The notes beneath the pieces were generated by a model, which saw only the letters and a list, made by a program, of their open reading frames with translations, did no database searches and was not told where the DNA came from. From NCBI GenBank assembly GCA_036258735.1, contig DATADC010000073.1, forward strand, positions 6,694-70,693: a DNA stretch of 64,000 nucleotides, written 5' to 3'. Shown piece by piece: positions 51,642 through 60,225 of the stretch. This DNA comes from Candidatus Limnocylindria bacterium. GTDB lineage: Bacteria > Chloroflexota > Limnocylindria > QHBO01. The position numbers and the translations under genes were made by a program. Position 1 is the first letter of the stretch. Each line of letters begins with the position of its first letter.

Positions 51642-52601
51642 CTACTCCATCGGCGCGCCCGGATGGTCGACCGCCGGCGAAACGCGGCGACGGAAGGCCG
51701 GCGCCGCGCGCAGGCCAATCCACAGGACGACTCCCAGGAACAGTGCCAGCGGCAGGCCCAGGATCACGAGCCAGATGGCGGCGGCGGCGACCGCCTGGCC
51801 CAGGCCCACGAGGGCCGCCACCGCGCTGTCGAAGATGGCGCCCGGGTCCCACGCAGCCGTAGTCTGCTCCACCCGCGCCGCGGCCGGAACGAGCGTCACG
51901 GTCAGCGTCGCCAGCGCCGCCAGCTCGCTGAGCTGGTCGAGCTGCGCCTGAAGCTGCTCAACTTGTCCGCGGACCTCGTCCAGGCGTGACTGGATGGTCA
52001 GGATGTCCTCGATCCGGCTGGCCCGGTTCAGCAGGGCTCGGTACTGCGCCTCCGAGGCCTCCAGGTTCCGAATCCGCGCCTCGAGGTCCACCGCCTGGCC
52101 GGTGACGTCCTGCTCGCGCGTCGCCTCGGCCGTGACCTGGCCGTCCAGCTCGTGGACGCGCGTCAGCGCGTCGTCGAAGCGCTCGGCCGGGATGCGCAGC
52201 GTGAGCGTCGCAGCGTCGTCGTCGGTGCCCGCCTGAGACCCACCGACGTAGCCGCCGAGCTCCAGCGCCATGGCACGAATGGCGCCGACCGCCGTCGACA
52301 CCTTCTCGACCTCGATCGTCACCTCCCCGGTCTTGACGATCTGGCGGCTGGCGAGGTCCTCGAACGACACCGCGTTGCCGCCGGTGCGCGTGCCGTTGCC
52401 GTCCTGTTCGCCCGGGGCGTTGGCGTCCGAGTCGGGGACGGCTCCGGCCGGAACCCCTCTCGCTTCGCCGGCCGGAGTCCCGGCGGCTCCGGCGCAGGCG
52501 GCAAGGACGATGGCCAGGATGAGGACCATTGCGCCCGCCACGGCACGTTGCGCCCTTCCGAAAACTGGCGACCAGAGCCGGTCGCTGCGGTTGGCTGACA
52601 T
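51642..52601 (-). CDS. DUF4349 domain-containing protein (signal peptide plus C-terminal TM)
   Basis: Lipoprotein-like N-terminus (LAACAG), a coiled-coil region typical of DUF4349 (ARIRNLEASEAQYRALLNRASRIEDILTIQSRLDEVRGQVEQLQAQL) and a C-terminal TM. Confidence 0.7.
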   Translation of the reverse strand: MSANRSDRLWSPVFGRAQRAVAGAMVLILAIVLAACAGAAGTPAGEARGVPAGAVPDSDANAPGEQDGNGTRTGGNAVSFEDLASRQIVKTGEVTIEVEKVSTAVGAIRAMALELGGYVGGSQAGTDDDAATLTLRIPAERFDDALTRVHELDGQVTAEATREQDVTGQAVDLEARIRNLEASEAQYRALLNRASRIEDILTIQSRLDEVRGQVEQLQAQLDQLSELAALATLTVTLVPAAARVEQTTAAWDPGAIFDSAVAALVGLGQAVAAAAIWLVILGLPLALFLGVVLWIGLRAAPAFRRRVSPAVDHPGAPME

Positions 52602-52723
52602 CGCGCTGGACCCTCCCGTGTCTGATGAGTACCGCCAAGACGCTGCGACCGTTCAGTTGGTGCCATGGTGCGCTCCGCTGGCGATTCGGCGGTGGTGGGA
52701 GTCGAGTCGCTACGATCAGCGTC

Positions 52724-53539
52724 GTGACCGACCAGACCCTGCGCAGCGCGCTCGATGACGAGGCAGCGCGCGCCAAGCTGGCCCCGCACGAGTTCGACCG
52801 CGAGTGGATCCGCGCCCACCTCGCCGAGGAGCGCGCCAAGGCCAGCCTGCTCGGCGAGATCCGCGAGGCCATCTTCGGGGCCCAGGACGGGCTGGTGAGC
52901 ACGCTCGCCGTGGTCAGCACCGTGGCCGGCGCCTCGTCCGAGCGCTTCCCGGTCCTGGTGGCAGGTATCGCCTCGGCGCTGGCCGGCGTGTTCAGCATGG
53001 CGGCCGGCGAGTACATCGGCAGCAAGAGCCAGCGCGAGATCTTCGAGGCTCAGCAGGCCGGCGAGCGGGAGGAGGTGGCCGAACGCCCCGGCGAGGCCGA
53101 GGCGGAGATGGCGTTCATGTTCGAGGAGGACGGGCTGACGAAGGACGAGGCCGCGTCAGTGGCCCGCGTCCTGGCCCGACACCCCCGCGTCCTGCTCAAG
53201 ACCATGGTCGAGAAGGAGCTGGGGCTCACCGGCGGCCATGCCGAGGGCTCGCCGCTGCAAGGAGCATTGATCATGGGCGTCGCGTTCGGGCTGGGCGCCA
53301 TCGTGCCGGTGGCGCCGTACGTCTTGCTGGACCTGAACGTGGCGGTCTACGCCTCGCTGATCTCGACCGCTGCGGTCCTGTTCGGTATCGGTGTCGTGAA
53401 GTCGCGCTGGACGCGCCGCGGCTGGCTGCGATCGGGGGCCGAGATCCTGGTGCTGGGCGCCGTGGCGGGCGTGGCGGGGTACTTCTTCGGTGACCTGCTG
53501 CCGCATCTGCTCGGCGTGCCGGCCGCCGGCCAAGCGTGA
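52724..53539 (+). CDS. VIT1/CCC1 family iron/manganese transporter
   Basis: EIREAIFGAQDGLVSTLAVVSTVAGA...MAAGEYIGSKSQREIFEAQ...LQGALIMGVAFGLGAIVPV. Start at GTG 52724; the track ORF upstream extension is antisense to the DUF4349 gene. Confidence 0.85.
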   Translation: MTDQTLRSALDDEAARAKLAPHEFDREWIRAHLAEERAKASLLGEIREAIFGAQDGLVSTLAVVSTVAGASSERFPVLVAGIASALAGVFSMAAGEYIGSKSQREIFEAQQAGEREEVAERPGEAEAEMAFMFEEDGLTKDEAASVARVLARHPRVLLKTMVEKELGLTGGHAEGSPLQGALIMGVAFGLGAIVPVAPYVLLDLNVAVYASLISTAAVLFGIGVVKSRWTRRGWLRSGAEILVLGAVAGVAGYFFGDLLPHLLGVPAAGQA

Positions 53540-53565
53540 GCTCGATGCCCTCGATCGCGATACCG

Positions 53566-54078
53566 ATGAGCAGCAGGACACCCGCCAAGGCCATCTGCGC
53601 GTTCCTCGTGGTCCTTCTGCTGGCAGCGGCGTGCAGCGGGCCGGCCGTCAGCGGCGCGCCCACGTTCACGCCCTCGGCGACGGCGGCGCTGGAGTCCGAA
53701 TCGCCCGCGGCCACCATTGCGCCCAGCAACTCGGCCAGCTCGGGTGCTTCGGCGGACGGGGTCGTCGTGACGCTGCGCGTCGCCGACGCCGAGGAGTACC
53801 GCGTGCTGCTCACGGATCCAGACGACATCGCGACGGCCGAGCAGCTGCTGGCCGGCGAGATGGACCCGCTCATCCCGGTCGGCACCGTCATCCGGGATGG
53901 TGACGGCGGGGTGAACACGGGCTACAGCTGGCACATCGATCCCGCCTCGTTCGAGTGGGCGCAGGCCACGATCGAGCTGTGCGACGGCCGCCCCTCGTAC
54001 GTCGAGGACGGCACCCTCAGTGGCGACACCTTTTGTCCGTGGTCGGCCGAGGTGGTCGAGGTCGAGCCGACAGGCTAG
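53566..54078 (+). CDS. hypothetical lipoprotein
   Basis: Signal peptide with lipobox (VVLLLAAACSG), then an S/A-rich linker and a small globular domain with 2 Cys. Overlaps the VIT stop. Confidence 0.5.
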   Translation: MSSRTPAKAICAFLVVLLLAAACSGPAVSGAPTFTPSATAALESESPAATIAPSNSASSGASADGVVVTLRVADAEEYRVLLTDPDDIATAEQLLAGEMDPLIPVGTVIRDGDGGVNTGYSWHIDPASFEWAQATIELCDGRPSYVEDGTLSGDTFCPWSAEVVEVEPTG

Positions 54079-57000
54079 CGGAACATGCGCTGCTGCTTGG
54101 CCAGCGGCAGGCGCGTCTCACGGTCGTCCTCGGCGATCACCGCGTCCACCGGGTGCAGCTGCCGCGCGACGACGTTGAGCACCTCGCCCTCCACCTGGAG
54201 CCGGCCGTCGATGACCAGCAGCGGGTGGCGGTGCAGCACCGCCCGGTTGGCCTGGTAGATTTCCGGCCGCACGGTCACGTTGATCATTCCCGTCTCGTCC
54301 TCGAGCGCGATGAACACGAAGTTCTTGGCGGTCATTGGGTGCTGGATGCTGACCGCCAGGCCTGCCAGCCTGACCATGGACCGATCGCGCCGACGGGCCG
54401 CCTCGGCCACCCGGATGACGCCGCGCTCCGCGAGCCGCTCGCGGAAGAGCTCCACGGCGTGCGCCGACTGCGACAGGCCCAGCTCGCGGTAGTCGGCCGC
54501 CACCCTCTCGGCGAAGGTCATCGGCGGGAGCGTCGCACCCAGCGCGCGCTGCGCGTCATCGGTCAGGCCCAGCGCGGGACGCGCGGGGTCGGCGTCCCCC
54601 ATGGTGGTGCGCAGTTGCCAGAGAAGCTCGCGACGGGGCACATCGGTCCAGTCGAAGGCGCCGACGGCGATCAGGCGCTCCACCACCTGCTCGCCCAGGC
54701 CCGTGCGGGCCACGAAATCGCGAACGCCCGTGTACGGACCGATGGCGCGCTCGCGCTCCAGCGTCTGACGCGCCGCCTCGTCGATACCCTTGACCTGGCG
54801 CAGGCCCAGTCGAAGGGCGTAGGTACCATCCGGCAACGGGCGGGTGTCGTGCTCCCAGCTCGACTCGTTGACGTCCACGGGGAGGATCTTCACTCCGTGG
54901 CGCCTGGCGTCGTTGACCACCACCGCCGGCGAGTAGAAGCCCATCGGCTGGTTGTTCAGCACCCCGGCGTAGTAGTGGGTCGGGTAGTACTGGCGCAGCC
55001 AGGCGGTGTCGTAGGTGATCTTGGCAAAGGCGGCGGCGTGGGCGCGGGCGAAGCCAAACTCGGCGAAGGCGCTGCAGCGGCGGAAGAGCTCGTCGGCGTC
55101 CGCCTCGGTCAGCCCGGTGCGCATGGCCCCGCCCACAAAGCGGTCACGCTCGGCCTGCATCTTGGCGTGGCTGCGGTGCGAGCCCATGGCCTTGCGAAAG
55201 ATGTCCGCCTCCAGCGCGGTGTAGCCGCAGACGTCGATGGCGACCTGCATGACCTGCTCCTGGTAGAGGATCACGCCCAGGGTGTCCTCCAGGATCGGCT
55301 TGAGGGAGTCGTGGAGGTAGGTCACCGGCTCCTGGCCGGCGCGGCGGCGCAGGTAGGGATGGACGGCGTTGCCCTGCACCGGTCCGGGGCGGATGATCGC
55401 CACTTGGACCACCAGGTCCTCGAAGCGCTCCGGCCGCGACTTGGGCAGCGCCTGCATCTGGGCCCGGCTCTCGATCTGGAACATGCCCACCGTGTCGGCG
55501 GCCTGGATGGTGCGAAAGACGCTGGGGTCGTCATGCGGGAGGTTGTCGAGATCCGGGCGCCGTCCGGTGTCGCGCTCGATCCGGTCCAGGCACTCGGAGA
55601 CCACGCCGAGGGTGCGCAGGCTGAGGAGGTCGATCTTGACCAGGCCCAGCGCCTCGACGTCCTCCTTGTCGTACTGGGTCACCACGCGGCCCGGCATGGT
55701 GGCCCGCTCCACCGGGACCAGGTCGACCAGCGGGGTGCGGGTCACCAGCATGCCGCCCACGTGGATGCCCAGGTGGCGCGGAAAGCCGTCAATCTCGGCG
55801 CAGACGGTCAGAAGCCACTGCCACCGGTTACGAGGGGCGGCGTGGATGGCGTGGGGGGAAGCGGACGGCGAGGTCGCCGGAAATCCCCATTGAGAGGAAT
55901 CCGTCGGCAGGACGCGGGGGCGGCGCCGCTCCGCCACCGGCATGCCGCTCTCCGGGTCCACGCGGACCACGGCGGGCCGCTCGCTGGACGGCCCCGGCGT
56001 GCCGTTGTCGCGCGGCTCGGGCACCGCCAGCTGCTCGGCCCTGCGGGCCGCGTAGCGCTTCTGCTGCCAGCCCTCGTGACGGACCGATACCACCGACTGG
56101 TCCAGCACGCTCGGGCGGCGCGGCGGCACCCAGCCCGACTCGCTGTACGGCCGCCCGTCGCGATCCCCCGCCGCAGTCCGGGCGCGCGCCTCGGCATCGG
56201 CCAGGTCGGCGCGCAGGGGCAGGGCGGCGGGCCGGTTCGAGGCGTGCCACGGCGAGTCGGAGTGCTGCTGCGCGCCTCTGCCATCGCGGCCCGGCGCGAC
56301 GGCCTCGGCGGCCATGTCCAGGCCAATCTCCTCGAACAGCCACTCGAAGCTGCCGTCCAATGCCAGGTCGCGGGCGACGTCGGAGGCGTCACGCGTGTCG
56401 AGCGCCTTGGCCAGCCGGTCCACCGCCTCGACCGGGAAGCCGAGCGCCTTGGCCACCTCGCGCACCGCGGAGCGGGCCCGATAGGTCACGACGGTGCAGA
56501 CCATGGCCGCGTGGTCCTCGCCGTAGCGTGAGTAGAGGTACTGGATCACCTCCTCGCGGCGGTTGACGTCGAAGTCGATGTCGATGTCGGGCAGCGTGCG
56601 CGCCTCGTTGATGAAGCGCTCGAACAGCAGCTTGTGCTCGATGGGGTCGACCTTGGTGATGCCCAGGCAGTAGGCCACGATCGAGTCGCCGGCGCTTCCC
56701 CTCCCCTGCCCGATGATGCCGCGCTGCCGCGCGAACTCCATCAGGTCCCACACGATCAGGAAGAACTCGGCCAGGTTGGTGCGCTCGATGATGTCCAGCT
56801 CGTGGGCCAGCTGCTTGACCGCCTGCTTGGTAATCGGCCGATAACGGCGCCGTAAGCCCTCGTGTGCAAGCTGGTACAGGTATGAGAACGGCGTCTCGCC
56901 CTCGGGGACCGTGAAGCCCGGGAACCGATAGCGCTCGAAGTTCATATCCAGCCGGCAGGCTTGGCCGATGGCGCCCGCCCGCGCCAGCCCGTCCGACCAC

Positions 57001-57923
57001 GCTCGACGGCTGCGCGCGTCCGGCAGCCCCTGGCCGATGGCCGCGAGCTCGGCCCCCGACTTGAGGCGGTACTCGGCGTTGGGGAGGAGCAGCTCGCGCG
57101 CCTCGTCCAGGGTGGCGCCGTGCCGGATGCAGACCAGCACGTCCTGGAGCCGATGGCCGCCCGGGTCGGCGTAGTGGACCTCGTTGGTCACGACGGTCGG
57201 CAGGCCGGCGGCGTCCGCGAGCTCGGCCAGCTGGCCGGTCAGCCAGTCGTCGTCCGGCTCGAAGTGGTGGCTCAGCTCCACCGCGAAGTTGCCATCCGGG
57301 AAGTGGCGCGCCCAGCGTTCCGCGGCGACGCGGGCGGCGTCCGGATCGCCGCCCAGCAGGCGGCGCGGCACCTCTCCGCTGCGGCAGCCGGACAGGCCGA
57401 TGACGTGGCCGCGCGCCTCGTCCAGCACCTCCTCCACGAGCGAGCGCTCGAAGACGGGGAACTGCTTCTCCCCGGCGAGGTGGCCGCGCGACGACAGGCG
57501 GGAGAGGGCCGAGTAGCCGGCCGCGTCGCGGGCCAGCAGGACAAGGTGGTCGCCGGGGAGCGGCCCGGCGTGGTGCTCTCCCGGCCAGCCGCGGCTGGCC
57601 CGCTCGCCGCGCAGCGGGTCATTGAGCTTGCGCCCGCGGCGCGCGAGGCTCAGCTCTTCCTCGTCACGGGGAACGGCGACTTCCAGCCCAACGATGGCGG
57701 CCACCGGCGAGAGGCCGGCGTCCCGGGCGGCATCGGTCCGAGTCTGCTGGGCAGCCTTCCAGAGCCGGACCGCGGCGTACAGGCCGGCGTGGTCGGTGAC
57801 GGCCACGGCCGGCATGCCGAGCTGCGCGGCACGTCCAATGAGCTCCTCGGGATGGCTCGCGCCGTCGAGGAAGCTGAAGTTGGAATGGGCGTGGAGCTCG
57901 GCGTAATCGGCACCATCGGCCAT
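54075..57923 (-). CDS. dnaE2: error-prone DNA polymerase DnaE2 (ImuC), with an about 150-aa low-complexity insertion
   Basis: PHP domain (YAELHAHSNFSFLDGAS), a Pol IIIalpha core (...CAEIDGFPRHLGIHVGGMLVT..., ...LVKIDLLSLRTLGV...) and an OB-fold C-terminus. 1282 aa against about 1050-1100 typical; the extra R/P/S/A-rich segment spans about 55.8-56.3 kb. Confidence 0.93.
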   Translation of the reverse strand: MADGADYAELHAHSNFSFLDGASHPEELIGRAAQLGMPAVAVTDHAGLYAAVRLWKAAQQTRTDAARDAGLSPVAAIVGLEVAVPRDEEELSLARRGRKLNDPLRGERASRGWPGEHHAGPLPGDHLVLLARDAAGYSALSRLSSRGHLAGEKQFPVFERSLVEEVLDEARGHVIGLSGCRSGEVPRRLLGGDPDAARVAAERWARHFPDGNFAVELSHHFEPDDDWLTGQLAELADAAGLPTVVTNEVHYADPGGHRLQDVLVCIRHGATLDEARELLLPNAEYRLKSGAELAAIGQGLPDARSRRAWSDGLARAGAIGQACRLDMNFERYRFPGFTVPEGETPFSYLYQLAHEGLRRRYRPITKQAVKQLAHELDIIERTNLAEFFLIVWDLMEFARQRGIIGQGRGSAGDSIVAYCLGITKVDPIEHKLLFERFINEARTLPDIDIDFDVNRREEVIQYLYSRYGEDHAAMVCTVVTYRARSAVREVAKALGFPVEAVDRLAKALDTRDASDVARDLALDGSFEWLFEEIGLDMAAEAVAPGRDGRGAQQHSDSPWHASNRPAALPLRADLADAEARARTAAGDRDGRPYSESGWVPPRRPSVLDQSVVSVRHEGWQQKRYAARRAEQLAVPEPRDNGTPGPSSERPAVVRVDPESGMPVAERRRPRVLPTDSSQWGFPATSPSASPHAIHAAPRNRWQWLLTVCAEIDGFPRHLGIHVGGMLVTRTPLVDLVPVERATMPGRVVTQYDKEDVEALGLVKIDLLSLRTLGVVSECLDRIERDTGRRPDLDNLPHDDPSVFRTIQAADTVGMFQIESRAQMQALPKSRPERFEDLVVQVAIIRPGPVQGNAVHPYLRRRAGQEPVTYLHDSLKPILEDTLGVILYQEQVMQVAIDVCGYTALEADIFRKAMGSHRSHAKMQAERDRFVGGAMRTGLTEADADELFRRCSAFAEFGFARAHAAAFAKITYDTAWLRQYYPTHYYAGVLNNQPMGFYSPAVVVNDARRHGVKILPVDVNESSWEHDTRPLPDGTYALRLGLRQVKGIDEAARQTLERERAIGPYTGVRDFVARTGLGEQVVERLIAVGAFDWTDVPRRELLWQLRTTMGDADPARPALGLTDDAQRALGATLPPMTFAERVAADYRELGLSQSAHAVELFRERLAERGVIRVAEAARRRDRSMVRLAGLAVSIQHPMTAKNFVFIALEDETGMINVTVRPEIYQANRAVLHRHPLLVIDGRLQVEGEVLNVVARQLHPVDAVIAEDDRETRLPLAKQQRMFR

Positions 57924-57933
57924 CGGACCATGT

Positions 57934-57949
57934 TAGAACATTTGTTCTA
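57934..57949. promoter_or_regulatory. LexA/SOS box (Cheo-box type GAAC-N4-GTTC), perfect 16-bp palindrome TAGAACATTTGTTCTA
   Basis: Located 10 nt upstream of the dnaE2 ATG. dnaE2 is a canonical LexA-regulon member. Confidence 0.65.
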
Positions 57950-58070
57950 TCGGTCCAAGACGGCACGCGGATTGCGAACCGGGCGCTCCTCGGAGGGGCG
58001 AACCGGCGGTTGGCGTGCCAGCGGGCAAGCCGGGCGAATGCCGGCGCCGAGGAGAACGAGGAACGACCGC

Positions 58071-58421
58071 ATGAGAACGGTGCTAAGAGACTACGGGCTG
58101 GCCATCGCCTTGGCTGCGCTGTTCATCGTCAGCTGGATCGGGCAGACGCTGACCGGTTGGGTCGAATTCGCTGCCGACCAGCGCACCCATGGAGAGACGC
58201 CGCAGCTCTTCGGCGATTCGGGCTACTTCTGGCAATGGATGGAGTCGACCATGGAGAACTGGCAGTCGGAGTTCCTCCAGCTCTTCACCATGGTGGTGCT
58301 CACCGCCTTCCTGATCCATAAGGGCAGCTCCGAGTCGAAGGACTCGGACGACGAGATCATGCTGGAGCTGACCGAGATCCGACGCGACCTCGAACAGCTC
58401 AAGGGCAAGGGCAAGTCATGA
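58071..58421 (+). CDS. small membrane protein (possibly DUF6766-like), 116 aa
   Basis: MRTVLRDYGLAIALAALFIVSWIGQTLTGWVEFAADQRTHGETPQLFGDSGYFWQWMESTMENWQSEFLQLFTMVVLTAFLIHKGS... with SD GAGGAACG. The 5' part of the track ORF 56961..58421 is antisense to dnaE2. Confidence 0.55.
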   Translation: MRTVLRDYGLAIALAALFIVSWIGQTLTGWVEFAADQRTHGETPQLFGDSGYFWQWMESTMENWQSEFLQLFTMVVLTAFLIHKGSSESKDSDDEIMLELTEIRRDLEQLKGKGKS

Positions 58422-58603
58422 GCAGCGACCTCGCGAAGCAGCTCGAGAAGGAAAAGCAGCAGATCCAGAAGGCGCTTGACGCGACCATCGAGGACACCAT
58501 CCGCCAGTCCTGGCTGCCGAACACGCTGGCATGGTTGGGCGTGACGCTGGGAGGCTTCGTCATCTGCCTGCTGCTGCTTGTCCTCGTGGCAGGCGGAGGG
58601 TAG
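58418..58603 (+). CDS. small single-TM protein, 61 aa
   Basis: ATGA overlap with the preceding gene. Hydrophilic N-terminus (LAKQLEKEKQQIQKALDATIEDTIRQ) followed by one TM helix. Confidence 0.35.
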   Translation: MSSDLAKQLEKEKQQIQKALDATIEDTIRQSWLPNTLAWLGVTLGGFVICLLLLVLVAGGG

Positions 58604-58632
58604 CCCGCCGCGCGTCAGGTGGCCCTCGTCCG

Positions 58633-59043
58633 TCAGGTCACGGTGAGCACGCCCACCATGCCGTACGCCTCGTGCCCGGGCAGGTGACAGATGAAGCGCA
58701 CGGTGCCGGACCGCTCGAAGGTCAGCGTCGTCTCGGTCCTTCCGAGCGGCGGGATGGTGACCTCGTTGGGCCGCTCCCCGTGCTTCGGCTCCGTGCCGTG
58801 CCGATGGCGGTCATGGAACGACTCGTCGCCGATCAGCCACTCGTGTCCGATGGGGTCGCGGTTGACGAGCACGAAGGTCACCGGCACGCCGCGCGGCACG
58901 CTCAGCGCCGACGGCTCGAAGCCCGAGTAACGAATGGTGATCTCGACCCGCAGCGGGTCGGGCGTGCCCGACGCCAGCTGCTGCAGGCCTGCGACCGCCG
59001 CGGTGACGACCGCCGCGGCGATCGTGATCCTCAGGGCTCGCAT
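58633..59043 (-). CDS. cupredoxin (type-1 copper, plastocyanin/azurin-like) protein
   Basis: Signal peptide, then ...IGHEW... and ...FICHLPGHEAYGMVG, giving the His/Cys/His/Met type-1 Cu ligand pattern. Start at the internal ATG (MRALRITIAAAV). Confidence 0.75.
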   Translation of the reverse strand: MRALRITIAAAVVTAAVAGLQQLASGTPDPLRVEITIRYSGFEPSALSVPRGVPVTFVLVNRDPIGHEWLIGDESFHDRHRHGTEPKHGERPNEVTIPPLGRTETTLTFERSGTVRFICHLPGHEAYGMVGVLTVT

Positions 59044-59074
59044 GGCCGAGCCTTCCGCTGCCCCTCGCCGGGCG

Positions 59075-60145
59075 TCACGCGCCGGCCAGCGGCCGGCCGC
59101 CCTTGCGCCCGCGCGCTGCGAGGACAACGAGTACCACCGACGCCAGCGGCAGGGCGACGGCCAGCGCCGCAAGGGGAACCCACAGGCTGGAGCCCGACGG
59201 CATCTCCGTCGGCGGGATGAAGGGAGCCAGGCCGGCCGCCTCCACTGACGGTCGACCGTGGCCTGAGGCGTCGATGGCCAGGTCGAAGCGCAGGTCGGGG
59301 GCCGCCGCGTCGATGTTGATGGCGGTCAGCCAACCGCTCCTGGGCACCCACTCCATGCCCTTGTCGGAGCGGAGGTCGTCGAGCAGCTGCTCGCTGGCGA
59401 TTGCCGAGTGCGCCAGCGTCATGCCGCGCACGCCGAGCAGCCCGCCCGGATCCGGGAGCAGGGCAGGCTCTTCGTCTGTCACCAGGAAGACGTCAGCCTG
59501 CACCGTCTCGGCCGCGGATTTGCCAAGTCCCAGGATGCGGAGCGGTACCCACGGGTTGTCGGTCGGGATGGTGAGGTGCACCGGCGTCCCGTCACCGACC
59601 TGCTGCCCGCGCCGGCGGGCCTCCTCGGCGTCGAACCGAGCCGCCATGAAGATCGGAGAGCGGGCGGCGTAGAACTCGAGCACCTCGGGCGCGTCCGGCG
59701 GCAGTCGGAAGCCGTGCTCGGCTGCCCACAGGCCGACCTCGTCGCCGCCGCCGCGCAGGATGGTGATCTCCAGCGCGTCGATCTTGGTCTCGAGCAGCAC
59801 CTCTGCGGACTCGTCGTCGAGCTCTCCAGCCGCCAGCGCCCGGAAGCCGAAGTCCTCGGCCGCGGCCGTCTCGAGCAGGAGGCGTTGCAGCGTCCAGTCA
59901 CCCCCGCGGGCGACGTCGGTCGGCACGCCGGGCAGCGGCACGATGCTGCCGAATTCGCCCTCGCCGCCGGCGAACTCGAAGCTGGTGACGTAGTGCTCCA
60001 CGCCGTCGTGGTATCCGGCGAACGTGGTGGTTCGCAGCAGGTTGACGGCGCCGTTCGGGCCGATGAGGCCGCCACAGGCCAGCGCCGGCGCGGCAGACAC
60101 CAGCAGGATGACCGTGGCGCCGACGATCGAGGCGAGGCGTCGCAT
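59075..60145 (-). CDS. secreted/lipoprotein with C-terminal TM (possibly DUF2330 family)
   Basis: MRRLASIVGATVILLVSAAPALACGG has a lipobox. An about 300-aa extracytoplasmic domain is followed by a C-terminal TM plus RGRKGGRP stop-transfer. Start at the internal ATG 60143-60145; the upstream 150 aa of the track ORF are junk. Confidence 0.6.
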   Translation of the reverse strand: MRRLASIVGATVILLVSAAPALACGGLIGPNGAVNLLRTTTFAGYHDGVEHYVTSFEFAGGEGEFGSIVPLPGVPTDVARGGDWTLQRLLLETAAAEDFGFRALAAGELDDESAEVLLETKIDALEITILRGGGDEVGLWAAEHGFRLPPDAPEVLEFYAARSPIFMAARFDAEEARRRGQQVGDGTPVHLTIPTDNPWVPLRILGLGKSAAETVQADVFLVTDEEPALLPDPGGLLGVRGMTLAHSAIASEQLLDDLRSDKGMEWVPRSGWLTAINIDAAAPDLRFDLAIDASGHGRPSVEAAGLAPFIPPTEMPSGSSLWVPLAALAVALPLASVVLVVLAARGRKGGRPLAGA

Positions 60146-60225
60146 GTGGTTCGTCCTCTCGCTGTTTGCCCAGGCAGGACGGCGGTGCTCGCGATCCGGT
60201 TCCGCTGCGCTGAAGGGAATTCGGG

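Noticed and set aside
51958-53025. 355-aa minus ORF overlapping the DUF4349 and VIT genes
   Set aside because: Crosses a divergent intergenic region. Low-complexity R/G-rich sequence.
55800-56350. Intein inside DnaE2
   Set aside because: The insertion lacks the N-terminal Cys/Ser and the C-terminal His-Asn followed by Cys/Ser/Thr. It is low-complexity rather than a HINT domain.
53955-56531. 858-aa plus-strand ORF antisense to dnaE2; also 56961..58421 (5' part)
   Set aside because: Antisense of a clearly identified 1282-aa polymerase gene. Only the 3' 116 codons of 56961..58421 (from ATG 58071) look like a genuine small membrane protein.
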